A stretch of DNA of 64,000 bases from an uncultured Enterobacteriaceae bacterium (GTDB lineage: Bacteria; Pseudomonadota; Gammaproteobacteria; Burkholderiales; SG8-39): the NCBI GenBank assembly GCA_964400745.1, contig CAYNVY010000001.1, forward strand, positions 13,560 to 77,559. The letters run 5' to 3'. How positions within the stretch are numbered: the first letter of the stretch is position 1; the number at the start of each line of letters is the position of its first letter. Made by a program: the position numbers and the translations under genes. A model generated the notes under the pieces. The model ran no database searches. It was not told where the DNA came from and saw only the letters and a program-made list of their open reading frames with translations. Below are positions 1 to 8,613 of this stretch, piece after piece.

Positions 1-255
1 GGCCCGCGGCCGGAGCGGCCTTTCTTCGTGGACAAACTCGCCGAACAGATTCCCTATTACTTGGCGCGTCACAGCGTCAAGCCGGGGATCACCGGATGGG
101 CGCAGGTGCGCTATGCCTACGGCGCGTCAATCGACGACACCGTCGAAAAACTTCAGTACGATCTCTATTACGTGAAGAATCACGGCCTGTTCCTCGATCT
201 GATGACCATCATTGCGACTATCGAAGTGGTCCTTTGGGGCAAAGGAGCGCGATAG
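1..255 (+). CDS. C-terminal fragment (5'-truncated by window edge) of an EPS priming sugar transferase (polyprenyl-phosphate glycosyl-1-phosphate transferase, Bac_transf family)
   Basis: Frame +1 is open from nt 1. The tail ...SVKPGITGWAQVRYAYGASIDDTVEKLQYDLYYVKNHGLFLDLMTI... is the conserved C-terminal catalytic block of WbaP/EpsB-type transferases. Stop TAG at 253-255. Confidence 0.85.
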   Translation, partial: GPRPERPFFVDKLAEQIPYYLARHSVKPGITGWAQVRYAYGASIDDTVEKLQYDLYYVKNHGLFLDLMTIIATIEVVLWGKGAR

Positions 256-380
256 ATTCGAGCGCCGGGCCCGAGGCTTGACGCCGCGACCGGCCAAGAC
301 GGGGCGGCGCCTGTTTGCCCGCCGTGCGGCTCGCGGCTGCTGATGGCGCACTTCAAAAACATCCGGCGAATACCGGTGTC

Positions 381-420
381 CTTCAAAAACGACCTGATTC
401 AATCCACAACGAATCAGGTC
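381..420 (-). terminator. Rho-independent-type terminator after the deacetylase gene
   Basis: Perfect 10-bp inverted repeat GACCTGATTC (391-400) / GAATCAGGTC (411-420) with a 10-nt loop. On the minus strand it is followed by GTTTTTG. The right arm includes the TGA stop (414-416). Confidence 0.5.
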
Positions 421-1244
421 AGATCGGATTCGAACGCGCGGTCGATGCGGCCCCAGCGGAATTCCGATGTGAGCCGCGCAAGCCTGGATTCCATCCGTTT
501 CAGGTTCAGGTAGTGACGAAATCGCGTCTTCAGACCTGCCTCACGAACCCTGGGTTGTTCGGGATCGATTTCCCACGGATGCAAATAGAAGATGGCGGGG
601 CGTCCCTCGCGTTCGTTGACGCGTCGAATTGCCCAACTTGAAAGCGCGTACGGGGCGAGCCTGAAATACCCGCCCCCGCCAGCGGGCAGGTTACGCCCCA
701 AGACGCGCACGGTCGTGATCGGGATCTCCACCAGCGCTTCGCGCGAGCGATAGGGAAAGCGCGGGGCATCCGGAATGCCGTAGTGGTCGTGCTTGACCGG
801 ATAGACGCTGGAGCTGTATCGGTAACCCGCTCTGGCGATACTGTCGAACGCCCACGGATTGACTTTTCCGACGGAGAAGCTCGGCGCGCGATATCCGAGC
901 ACCGCCACGGCGGCAATGTCCTCAAGGATCTTCTTCGCGCGAACGATATCGGCAAGAAAATCGTCGGGAGACTGCTCCGTTGCGCGTAGGTGGGCATACC
1001 CGTGACTGGCGACTTCATGCCCGGACGCCGCAATGCGCCGCACCATCGCCGGGTAGCGTTCCGCAATCCATCCAAGAACGAAAAATGTTGCCTGCGCATT
1101 GTTTTGCTGGAACAGCGCGAGCAATCGGTCCACGTTGCGCTCGACTCGGCACGGAATGGCGTCCCAATCCGAGCGCGCGATGTACGGCGCCATGGCGGAC
1201 ACCTGGAAATAGTCTTCCACGTCGACGCTGAGCGCGTTGATCAT
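414..1244 (-). CDS. Polysaccharide deacetylase, XrtA/PEP-CTERM-locus subfamily (NodB fold)
   Basis: The maximal ORF 414..1277 starts at TTG. The first ATG (1244) gives MINALSVDVEDYFQV..., then ...ATFFVLGWIAERYP...ASHGYAH..., typical of the deacetylase found next to xrtA/prsT. Exact start is uncertain (1244 vs 1277). Confidence 0.85.
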   Translation of the reverse strand: MINALSVDVEDYFQVSAMAPYIARSDWDAIPCRVERNVDRLLALFQQNNAQATFFVLGWIAERYPAMVRRIAASGHEVASHGYAHLRATEQSPDDFLADIVRAKKILEDIAAVAVLGYRAPSFSVGKVNPWAFDSIARAGYRYSSSVYPVKHDHYGIPDAPRFPYRSREALVEIPITTVRVLGRNLPAGGGGYFRLAPYALSSWAIRRVNEREGRPAIFYLHPWEIDPEQPRVREAGLKTRFRHYLNLKRMESRLARLTSEFRWGRIDRAFESDLT

Positions 1245-1431
1245 TCGATTCTCGGACGATCGCGCTTGGAGATTCAATTCACGCTTCTCCTGCCGATCTT
1301 CCGGGGAACGCCTTGCCCTCGGTCGGCGAAGGCAGCCCTACAGGGATGCCCTTGGCTGCGCTCGGCCACGCGCCACAAAGAGCCATATCCCGTTCGAAAC
1401 CAGGGCGAAATCGGCGCTTCGACGCGCTGGC

Positions 1432-4233
1432 TCATTTCTTCAGCTGCTTCAGCAAATCCATCGCCTCGGCTTCCTGAGGAAACTTGATCCCGGTCGACTC
1501 GATTCGCTCCAACTCGGCGCGGGCTTTGGCTTTGTCGCCCATTTTCAGATAGGTCTGAGCAAGGTGAAATCGAATCACCTGAGCCTTGGGTGCGGCTGCA
1601 ACCGCTTTTTGCAGCAACTCGACCCCGCGGCTTGTGTTCCCCTGCTCCGACAGCATCCATCCAAGGGTATCGGCGATGTCGGGACTCTCCGGCTTCAACT
1701 TGTAGGCCCGTTCGGCCGTTTCCAACGCGCGCTTATCCTTCGTCTGCTGATAGGCCCACGCGAGGTTGTTGAGGATCACCACGTTATCGGGCTGTTTGCG
1801 CAGGAGATACTCGTAGTGTTCGATCGCGCGCTTGTGGTTTCCTTCATTGAGAGCGCTCTCTGCCGCGTAGAGCCGCACGGGAACGTCATCCGGTGAATCT
1901 TTCAGCCATTGCGACAGTTTGACATCAGCTTCGGCACGCTTCCCGCCCATCGCGCTCGCCGCATGCAATTTGATCAGCATGGGGCCGCTTTTTCCGATTC
2001 CGAAGGCGGTCTCATATGATTTGATCGCCTGGGCGTAATTTTTTTCTGTCATGCGCACATCCCCCTCCAGCAAATGGCCGGCGGGAGACTTCGGCGCCTG
2101 CTTTTGCATCTGCTGCGCGATCTTCACCGCCTCCGCGTGGCGCCCGGCGCGAATCTCCAGTTCCGCCATGGCGCGCTGCGCATCCTGGAAATCCGGCTTC
2201 AAAGCGAGCGCTTTCTTCAGCGTGCCGGCGGCCGCGGTCATGTCGTTTGCCAGCGCCTGTGCGCTTGCCAGATAGTAGAGCGCGAGCGGTGAAGCGGGCT
2301 GCAACTTGACCAGCTTTCCATAGGTCGCAAGCGCCTGATCTTTCTCCCCGGCGGCCACCTGTATCTTGCCCAGCGTGTCCAGGCTCTCCGCGCTTTCCGG
2401 ATTGGCTGACTGCGCCTTCTGCGCCACATCCAGCGCCTTCTTCAGTTCTCCCGCTTTGGCGTACGCTTGCGCGAGCATCAGCTGCGGTTGCAGCGCGCCG
2501 GAACTGGCATTCACAGCGCGCTCGAGCCAGGCTATGCCTTCCTTCGGCGTGGCGCCGATCTGCGGAGCGAGATTGGCAAGAGCCAGCATGGCCTGCACGC
2601 TATTCTTGTCTTTTTCGAGCATCGTCTCCAGGCGCTGGCGCGCGAGTTTCGGATTTTTTTCCTGCAGGTCGATTTGCGCGAGATTGACCGCCGCGGGCAC
2701 GTACGTCGGCTGCAACTCGAGCGCGCGCTCGAGCAGCTTGCGCGCCGCGGGGATATCCTTCTTGGCGAGGTACACCGAAGCCTTCAGATTGTAGGTCAAG
2801 GGATTGTCCGGCTGCTTCTTCTCCAGGGATGCAAGTGCCTTCAGCGCCTGGTCGAAGTTCGAGCGCTGCAGGTGCGACATGATCAGCACCAGGTCCGCCT
2901 GGTACTTTCCCGGATCCAGTTGTATCGCGGACTCGAGATCGGCAAACGCGCGATCGGTTTCGCCGGAGGCCAAACGCGTCAAGGCAAGGCCAGTGCGTGC
3001 GCCGGCGCTCTTGGGATCGAGTTTTGCGGCTTTGTCGAAGTATTGCGCCGCCTTGGTGAATTCATTGCTCTGCAGGTACAGGTCGCCGGCGAGTGCCAGT
3101 ACCGCCGCGTCCTCCGGGGCCTGCTGCAGCGCCGGCTGCAGCACTTCAAGGGCGCGCGGCAGACGACCGCTCTTCGCCAACGATGCAATCAGCAATTTGC
3201 GCGCATAAAGATTGCCGGGCGCTTGTGCCAGAGCCTGTCCCAAGTAGGTCTGGGCCTGATTGTGAGAGCCCAGTTCGGACTCCACCGCACCTGCGAGCAA
3301 CACGCTCGGCATGTGAGTGGGCGCCACCTTCAGAACCTGCAATATCTGCTCCCGCGCCGCGGCAAAGTTGCGTTTGCGCAGCTCGATCAGCGCCTGCATG
3401 TAGTGCGTCATCGGGTTGTTGGGCGCGATTTTGCGCACCTCGTCTATGTGCTTTCCGGCTTGCTCATAGCTGCCGGCTTCGATCTGTATCGAAGCGATGC
3501 TAAGCCGCGCCTGCACGTTCCTGGGATTCAATCCGATGACTTTCTCGTAAGCCGCCGTCGCGCCCGCCTGATCGACCTTCATTCTCGCCAGATCACCCTT
3601 GAGCAACCAGGCCTCGGTGCTGTTCGGCGTGCCGGCAAGCACGCGCTCGATCAAGCGCAAGGATTCGTCGAATTTGCTCTCTCCGGCCTCCAGCCGCGCC
3701 TGCGCCAGCAACGCTTCTGCGAATTCAGGCTGTTTGGCGAGGGCCTGCTCCAGCAGCTTTCGCCCTTCCTCGCGGCGGTTGAGTCCGATCGTGGCCAGTG
3801 CGCGCAGCGTCAGAACCTGCGCCTGCACCTGATTGTTCGGTTCGCCGCCCTCCAGGCGGATCTTGTCCAGAACCTCTTGAAACGCGCCCTTCAGCAGCAG
3901 CAGTTTGCCCAGGGCAGGAACGGCTTTCGTCTGGTCAAAGCCGAGTTCCAGCGCCCGGCGCAGGTCGACTTCTGCCAACGCCAGATTTCCCGAGTCCATG
4001 TAGGTCTCGCCCAACAGGAACCGCGCTTCGGGGTGGTCGGGCGATTTTTGCAGCAGGTTCTTCAAATGAATGATTGCCGCGGCGTAGCCGCCCTTCTCTC
4101 GCTCCTGCCTGGCCTGCGCGATGAGCTGATCCGGACTTTGCGCCTTTTCTCCGCATCCTCCCAGGAAGAGCGCGACCGTGAGCAACGCCAGAAGGCACAC
4201 CTGGCGCCCTGCGACAAATCTTGATCCATTCAT
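1432..4233 (-). CDS. prsT: PEP-CTERM system TPR-repeat lipoprotein
   Basis: Lipoprotein signal MNGSRFVAGRQVCLLALLTVALFLGGC, followed by about 900 aa of tandem TPR repeats. GGAAGG lies 8 nt upstream of ATG 4233 (the ORF track starts at GTG 4242). Size, architecture and position beside xrtA match PrsT. Confidence 0.85.
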   Translation of the reverse strand: MNGSRFVAGRQVCLLALLTVALFLGGCGEKAQSPDQLIAQARQEREKGGYAAAIIHLKNLLQKSPDHPEARFLLGETYMDSGNLALAEVDLRRALELGFDQTKAVPALGKLLLLKGAFQEVLDKIRLEGGEPNNQVQAQVLTLRALATIGLNRREEGRKLLEQALAKQPEFAEALLAQARLEAGESKFDESLRLIERVLAGTPNSTEAWLLKGDLARMKVDQAGATAAYEKVIGLNPRNVQARLSIASIQIEAGSYEQAGKHIDEVRKIAPNNPMTHYMQALIELRKRNFAAAREQILQVLKVAPTHMPSVLLAGAVESELGSHNQAQTYLGQALAQAPGNLYARKLLIASLAKSGRLPRALEVLQPALQQAPEDAAVLALAGDLYLQSNEFTKAAQYFDKAAKLDPKSAGARTGLALTRLASGETDRAFADLESAIQLDPGKYQADLVLIMSHLQRSNFDQALKALASLEKKQPDNPLTYNLKASVYLAKKDIPAARKLLERALELQPTYVPAAVNLAQIDLQEKNPKLARQRLETMLEKDKNSVQAMLALANLAPQIGATPKEGIAWLERAVNASSGALQPQLMLAQAYAKAGELKKALDVAQKAQSANPESAESLDTLGKIQVAAGEKDQALATYGKLVKLQPASPLALYYLASAQALANDMTAAAGTLKKALALKPDFQDAQRAMAELEIRAGRHAEAVKIAQQMQKQAPKSPAGHLLEGDVRMTEKNYAQAIKSYETAFGIGKSGPMLIKLHAASAMGGKRAEADVKLSQWLKDSPDDVPVRLYAAESALNEGNHKRAIEHYEYLLRKQPDNVVILNNLAWAYQQTKDKRALETAERAYKLKPESPDIADTLGWMLSEQGNTSRGVELLQKAVAAAPKAQVIRFHLAQTYLKMGDKAKARAELERIESTGIKFPQEAEAMDLLKQLKK

Positions 4234-4309
4234 GCGATTCACCTTCCTTTCGACGAAAGTTTGCCGATGCTCGGAGTCGAAGCTATTCCTGCTCCGCGGG
4301 TAATGCCAT

Positions 4310-5839
4310 TCAACGCTGGGTCGATATTATAATTGCCCGTTCCAGCGAATCGCCCATGTCGCGCATAAATTCATCGAGCACCCTGGTTGCGGCGTCAGGG
4401 GATGCGTTCGCTTTGGTATAGATCGCGACCCAGGCCGAGCTATCGCCGCGTCCCTGAATGCGTGCGAGCAACTGCCGGAACTTTGCCTGAATGTCGCTCC
4501 CGATAGAGGCGCCGTCTATCCAGTACCATTGCCACGCGAGGATACGATCCCCGCGGCCCAGCACGACCCCGGTCTTGAGCTCGAGGGGCTTGCCGGATAT
4601 TTCCGTATGCGCGCGTCCGCGATCGGCCAAACTCCAATTCGGATTGTCCGAATCCACGAACTGATTGACCGAACTCACCAGTTTCGAGTTCCAGGTCTGA
4701 TTCTCGAAGATTCCGGTAAAGACTTCCACCCGGCTTCCGTTCTTCTCGAAGCTCTGCATGCGCACCCGCCTCGGGTTCTTCAACTCGGGGGTCCACTCCA
4801 CCGAACGCTTGTCGACAGGTGACCATCCACGCTGCGACACCGCACCAGCGATGTCGATCGCGCGATCCTGCTGGCTGCGCAACAAGACCGTTTCGACGAG
4901 CGGCCAGGCAGCCAAAGCAGCGAGCATCAGGGCTGCCGCGACGGTCGCCCGCCCCCCGGAGGACCTTTCCGGCCCGGCACAATCGATTGCGCAAGGCTCT
5001 AGACTGACCGGCACTTCATCGTCCTGAACTTCGCGAAATCGCCATCCCAGCCAGCCATAGCCGAGAAGAAATACGGCAAACAGTATCCAGCCAAAAGTGC
5101 TGTGATCGTCCCGAAGCAGGCGATTGTCACTGACATGGGCGATCATCATGGTCAGGTAGGCGCGCATCCAATTTCCGACGACTCCGATGACGATGGCGCC
5201 GCCAATGAAAAGGATGCGCTTCAGTGTCGATCGATACATGCTCCAGGCATACAAGACGCCGAGCATCAGGCAGGTAATCAGGTACTTGATACCGCTGCAC
5301 GCGTCGGCAATGGACCAGCCGCCGGACGGGATCACGAAATAGGCGCCCTCCCGATAAATCGGAACCCCTGAGGCCTGTATGCCCGCGAAGGTCGCCTTTG
5401 CCGTCCAGTTCACCAGGCTTGGTATCAGCGGGCCTTCTGCCGGAATGGCGAAAAGCAGGAAGGCGAGGGGAAAGCTCAGCGCAGCCAGCCAGCGTGGACC
5501 AAGGACTGTCAGCACTGCGAACGGGACCATTGCGATCACAGCCAGGTCTGTCAGGAGGCGCACGAAAACCAGTTCCCCGATCAGCCAGATGGAACCCGCA
5601 GCGATCAACCCGGCCACGCCCCACCACACGCTTCGAACCGGCAACATGGCCAGTTCAAAGCGCTGGCCCCAGAGGAGCGCGAAGAATATCGGCAAGACAA
5701 TAGTACGGTGGGTATAGTTCTCGGCGCTCGTTCCCGCCAAGTCGACCAGCACATAAAATGTGGGCCAATACAAGGCGACGATCACCGCGAAAATCGCAGC
5801 GACAAACAGAGGCCCAAATATCAGTGGCCGTCGCACCAT
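4310..5839 (-). CDS. xrtA: Exosortase A with C-terminal EpsI-like domain
   Basis: Polytopic N-terminal half carries the exosortase catalytic signature ...WSIADACSGIKYL... (Cys), ...GNWMRAYL... (Arg) and ...DDHSTFGW... (His). An EpsI-like periplasmic domain of about 200 aa follows. Likely start is MVRRPLIFGPLF (ATG 5837-5839); the 43-codon upstream extension to 5968 is Arg/Gly/Ala-rich. PrsK/PrsR/PrsT neighbours indicate the XrtA type. Confidence 0.85.
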   Translation of the reverse strand: MVRRPLIFGPLFVAAIFAVIVALYWPTFYVLVDLAGTSAENYTHRTIVLPIFFALLWGQRFELAMLPVRSVWWGVAGLIAAGSIWLIGELVFVRLLTDLAVIAMVPFAVLTVLGPRWLAALSFPLAFLLFAIPAEGPLIPSLVNWTAKATFAGIQASGVPIYREGAYFVIPSGGWSIADACSGIKYLITCLMLGVLYAWSMYRSTLKRILFIGGAIVIGVVGNWMRAYLTMMIAHVSDNRLLRDDHSTFGWILFAVFLLGYGWLGWRFREVQDDEVPVSLEPCAIDCAGPERSSGGRATVAAALMLAALAAWPLVETVLLRSQQDRAIDIAGAVSQRGWSPVDKRSVEWTPELKNPRRVRMQSFEKNGSRVEVFTGIFENQTWNSKLVSSVNQFVDSDNPNWSLADRGRAHTEISGKPLELKTGVVLGRGDRILAWQWYWIDGASIGSDIQAKFRQLLARIQGRGDSSAWVAIYTKANASPDAATRVLDEFMRDMGDSLERAIIISTQR

Positions 5840-6169
5840 TCGTTCCCTTTCGCAGGCGGCGTTCGCAATCCCATTTGCACCGGCACACAAGTTCCCGCCG
5901 ACGCGGCCGTGAGGTGCTCGATTCCGGTTAAGGGATCCTGGACTCGCGTCCGCAGGCCGCGACGGCAAAGGGACGCACAGATGAAGACCAAGTACAAGAA
6001 CCAGCGCGCTTTACAGAAAGCCGTATGGCCGGCCCAACGGTGCGCAGGCCGACAGTGTACAGCAATTCGATTTTGCCTTACCCCCGCTGCGCCGTCCCGG
6101 ACGAAGTTCTTGGCTACGCATCCGCGCCCTGGGCGCAACCGGTGAGCATCGCCGTGCGGCCGCAGTGCA

Positions 6170-6205
6170 CCAAAAGGAAAGCCCTCGCCAACAACGGGCG
6201 AGGGC
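6170..6205 (-). terminator. Rho-independent terminator after PEP-CTERM gene A
   Basis: 9-bp GC-rich stem GCCCTCGCC (6181-6189) / GGCGAGGGC (6197-6205) with a 7-nt loop. On the minus strand it is followed by TTTCCTTTTGG. Confidence 0.7.
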
Positions 6206-6272
6206 TTTCCAAATCAGTCAATACTTGTAGTAGGCGTCTTGAATCTATTGCTGCATTTCGCCCTGGAAGGGC

Positions 6273-6929
6273 TCAGGCGGCGAAACGGCGCCGGAGGAAC
6301 CCCAGCCCAAGCAGCCCGAGTCCGAGAAGCGACAGAATGCCCGGCTCAGGCACGGTAACAGTGGAATTGAAGCTGCTGGCGCCGGCGCCCTCGTGGGTGA
6401 TCGTGACGACCTGTTTGAGGTCAAACCCATCGATGGTAGTGGTGACGCCCGTGCTTTCGCTTCCGCCAAACGCGGGGCCGAACGTCGGCCCCAACGGCCC
6501 TACGCTATTCACCCAAGCGCCGGACAGGTAAGCATCCACACCGACGTTACCCGCCGTGCCACCACCAATCGAAGTCATGAGGGAATAGTTACCGATTGGG
6601 CTGGTGAAGTCGTTGCCTGTCGTCCACATGCTGATTTGGAGCGTTCCCGCCCCGGAGGAATTATCGATAGAGTTCAAGTCGATTCCCGCATTCCCGTCGG
6701 GGGCAAAGCTGAGGGCCGTTGACACGTTAAGAGTCCAGACTCCCAAACTGCCGATCCACGTGACAGCATTAGAAGCAGAATTGAAGTCACCGACACCGCC
6801 GTCCGCGATTACCACGGCGGGGTTGGTGCCGTCATACAGGCTAAGCATCACCCCGGCTTGAGCCGGCGCGGCAGCCAAGGCGGTAGCGCTGCACACTAGA
6901 GAGATGCTCGCCAGTTTTTTGATGTTCAT
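6273..6929 (-). CDS. PEP-CTERM sorting-domain protein A (exosortase cargo), 218 aa
   Basis: Signal peptide MNIKKLASISLVCSATALAAAPAQA with GAGGAG SD 6 nt upstream of ATG 6929. C-terminus ...TVTVPEPGILSLLGLGLLGLGFLRRRFAA has the VPEP motif, a TM helix and a basic tail. No Cys in the mature part. Confidence 0.9.
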   Translation of the reverse strand: MNIKKLASISLVCSATALAAAPAQAGVMLSLYDGTNPAVVIADGGVGDFNSASNAVTWIGSLGVWTLNVSTALSFAPDGNAGIDLNSIDNSSGAGTLQISMWTTGNDFTSPIGNYSLMTSIGGGTAGNVGVDAYLSGAWVNSVGPLGPTFGPAFGGSESTGVTTTIDGFDLKQVVTITHEGAGASSFNSTVTVPEPGILSLLGLGLLGLGFLRRRFAA

Positions 6930-6991
6930 GTCTTGCTCCTCAAATTGTATTGACTGATTTCTTGGAAATTGACTTTCCGTAGCCCACATAA

Positions 6992-7007
6992 AGCAAAGAT
7001 TGGGCCA
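6992..7007 (-). promoter_or_regulatory. Sigma-54 (-24/-12) promoter of PEP-CTERM gene A
   Basis: Gene-strand sequence is TGGCCCAATCTTTGCT, with GG and GC at the canonical 12-nt register (consensus TGGCAC-N5-TTGCW). It lies 63 nt upstream of ATG 6929 and an AT-rich tract precedes it. Confidence 0.65.
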
Positions 7008-7080
7008 TATATAATATTATCCTTTAAAACAATGTATTAGATGCTTTCTCTACCAGCGGCGCAATCCGAGATGGCGCGAG

Positions 7081-7097
7081 TGTAAGAAGTTTCGCGC
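7081..7097 (-). promoter_or_regulatory. Candidate enhancer (UAS) site for the sigma-54 activator, gene A
   Basis: Gene-strand sequence GCGCGAAACTTCTTACA matches 12/17 positions of the gene-B dyad TGTCGAAAAATCTTACA (CGAAA..TCTTACA). It starts 90 nt upstream of the T of the -24 element. The left TGT half-site is not conserved. Confidence 0.2.
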
Positions 7098-7260
7098 CTG
7101 CACTTGCCCGATTTCCTGCAGTCCGACCGGCATGCGCACGGCAGATATTAAAAAAATGTCTGTTAATCAAATAGTTATACTAATATTCCAGCGCCAGGAC
7201 CAGTGTAAAACTCTCCGACAATCCCGCTTCCCCAAAGGGCACGGCCGTCGGCCGCGACGC

Positions 7261-8613
7261 TCAACGCAGCCCAAAGCGATCCAGCAATTCGTAGAGCGTA
7301 GGCCGGCTGATACCGAGCAGCTCCGCCGCTTTGGTCAGATTGCCGTTGGCGCGCCCGAGCACGCGAGTCACCGCCCGTTTTTCGGCTTCCTCGCGCACCT
7401 GGCGCAAATTCAGCAGGTCTTCTTTTGCGTCGCCCCCAAGGCCGACCTCTGCGGCGCTGATGACGGCGCCATCGGCCATGATCACCACGCGCTTGATGCA
7501 GTTTTCCAGCTCGCGCACATTGCCCGTCCAGGGATGCGCCTCGATTGCATCGATCGCATCCGGAAGCAGGGTCATCGGGCCGCGCCGCTGCTCTTCCGCA
7601 AAACGGCGCACAAACGCGTGCGCGAGCAGGCTCGCATCGCCCGGCCGCTGTCGAAGCGGCGGAATTTCGAGCACGATCTCGGCCAGGCGGAAGTAAAGGT
7701 CCTCGCGGAACTTGCCTTGCGCGATCATGTCCTTCAGTTTCTGGTGGGTGGCGCAGACAATGCGCACATCGACCGGGATCTCGTCGCGCCCGCCGACGCG
7801 CTCGATCACCCGTTCCTGCAGAAAGCGCAATAGCTTCGCCTGGAGCGCGTGCGGCAGATCGCCGATTTCATCCAGAAACAAGGTTCCCTTGTGCGCCGTC
7901 TCAACCTTTCCGATGGTCTGCTTTGCCGCGCCGGTAAAGGCGCCCTTCTCGTAACCGAACAGCTCGCTCTCCAGCAGCGCTTCGGGAATCGCCGCGCAGT
8001 TGATCGCGACAAAGCGCTCCTTTTTCCTGGCTGAAAGCTCATGCAAGCCGCGGGCGAACAGTTCTTTTCCGGTACCGGACTCGCCCAGCAGCAGTATCGT
8101 CGCGGTTGTCGGGGCGACCTTCTCGATGGTTCGGCAAATGCGGAGCATCTCGGCGTCGCGACTGAGGATCCCGGCGAGCGCGGTCGGCTGCGTACCCGAC
8201 TGCAGGCGACGGTTCTCCTCCTGCAACTCATACAGGCGGTAGGCGCGCTCTATGGTGAGGCCGAGCAATTCCGGTTCAAACGGCTTGGCGCAGAAGTCGT
8301 AGGCACCCAAGCCGATCGCCTTGAGAGCGTTCGCATGGTCATCTTGTCCGGTCAGGACGATCACTTTCGCATAGGGCGCAAGCGCGAGGAGTTGCTGCAA
8401 CAGGGCGAATCCTTCGGTCGGATCGTCCGGGTGCGGCGGCAGTCCCAGGTCCATCGTTACCACCGCGGGCTCGTAACGGCGCATTTGCGCGATGGCGCTT
8501 TCCAGATCGTCTGCCACGATGGTTTCGTTGCGATCGAACGCCCAGCGCATCTGCTTTTGCAGCGCAAGATCGTCCTCCACGATGAGCAGCGGCTTGCGCT
8601 TCGCGGCGCTCAT
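7261..8613 (-). CDS. prsR: PEP-CTERM-box response regulator, sigma-54-dependent transcriptional activator (NtrC family)
   Basis: Receiver domain (LLIVEDD...VVTMDLGLPP), AAA+ domain with Walker A LLGESGTGKE and the sigma-54 contact motif EKGAFTGA, and C-terminal HTH AAELLGISRPTLYELL. ATGA start/stop overlap with prsK at 8610-8613. Confidence 0.9.
   Translation of the reverse strand: MSAAKRKPLLIVEDDLALQKQMRWAFDRNETIVADDLESAIAQMRRYEPAVVTMDLGLPPHPDDPTEGFALLQQLLALAPYAKVIVLTGQDDHANALKAIGLGAYDFCAKPFEPELLGLTIERAYRLYELQEENRRLQSGTQPTALAGILSRDAEMLRICRTIEKVAPTTATILLLGESGTGKELFARGLHELSARKKERFVAINCAAIPEALLESELFGYEKGAFTGAAKQTIGKVETAHKGTLFLDEIGDLPHALQAKLLRFLQERVIERVGGRDEIPVDVRIVCATHQKLKDMIAQGKFREDLYFRLAEIVLEIPPLRQRPGDASLLAHAFVRRFAEEQRRGPMTLLPDAIDAIEAHPWTGNVRELENCIKRVVIMADGAVISAAEVGLGGDAKEDLLNLRQVREEAEKRAVTRVLGRANGNLTKAAELLGISRPTLYELLDRFGLR

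Noticed and set aside
2467-4224. 585-aa ORF on the plus strand opposite prsT. There are many similar long antisense or out-of-frame ORFs, e.g. 12885-13913, 15536-16561, 17060-18223, 49575-51182, 53982-55250, 55257-57146 and 57194-58390.
   Set aside because: These are typical high-GC shadow ORFs. Their translations are Arg/Ala/Gly/Pro-rich with no recognisable motifs, and each fully overlaps a CDS with clear family signatures on the other strand or frame.
5840-5968. 43-codon N-terminal extension of xrtA.
   Set aside because: The extension is hydrophilic and Arg/Gly/Asn-rich. The conserved exosortase membrane core begins at MVRRPLIFGPLF (ATG 5839).
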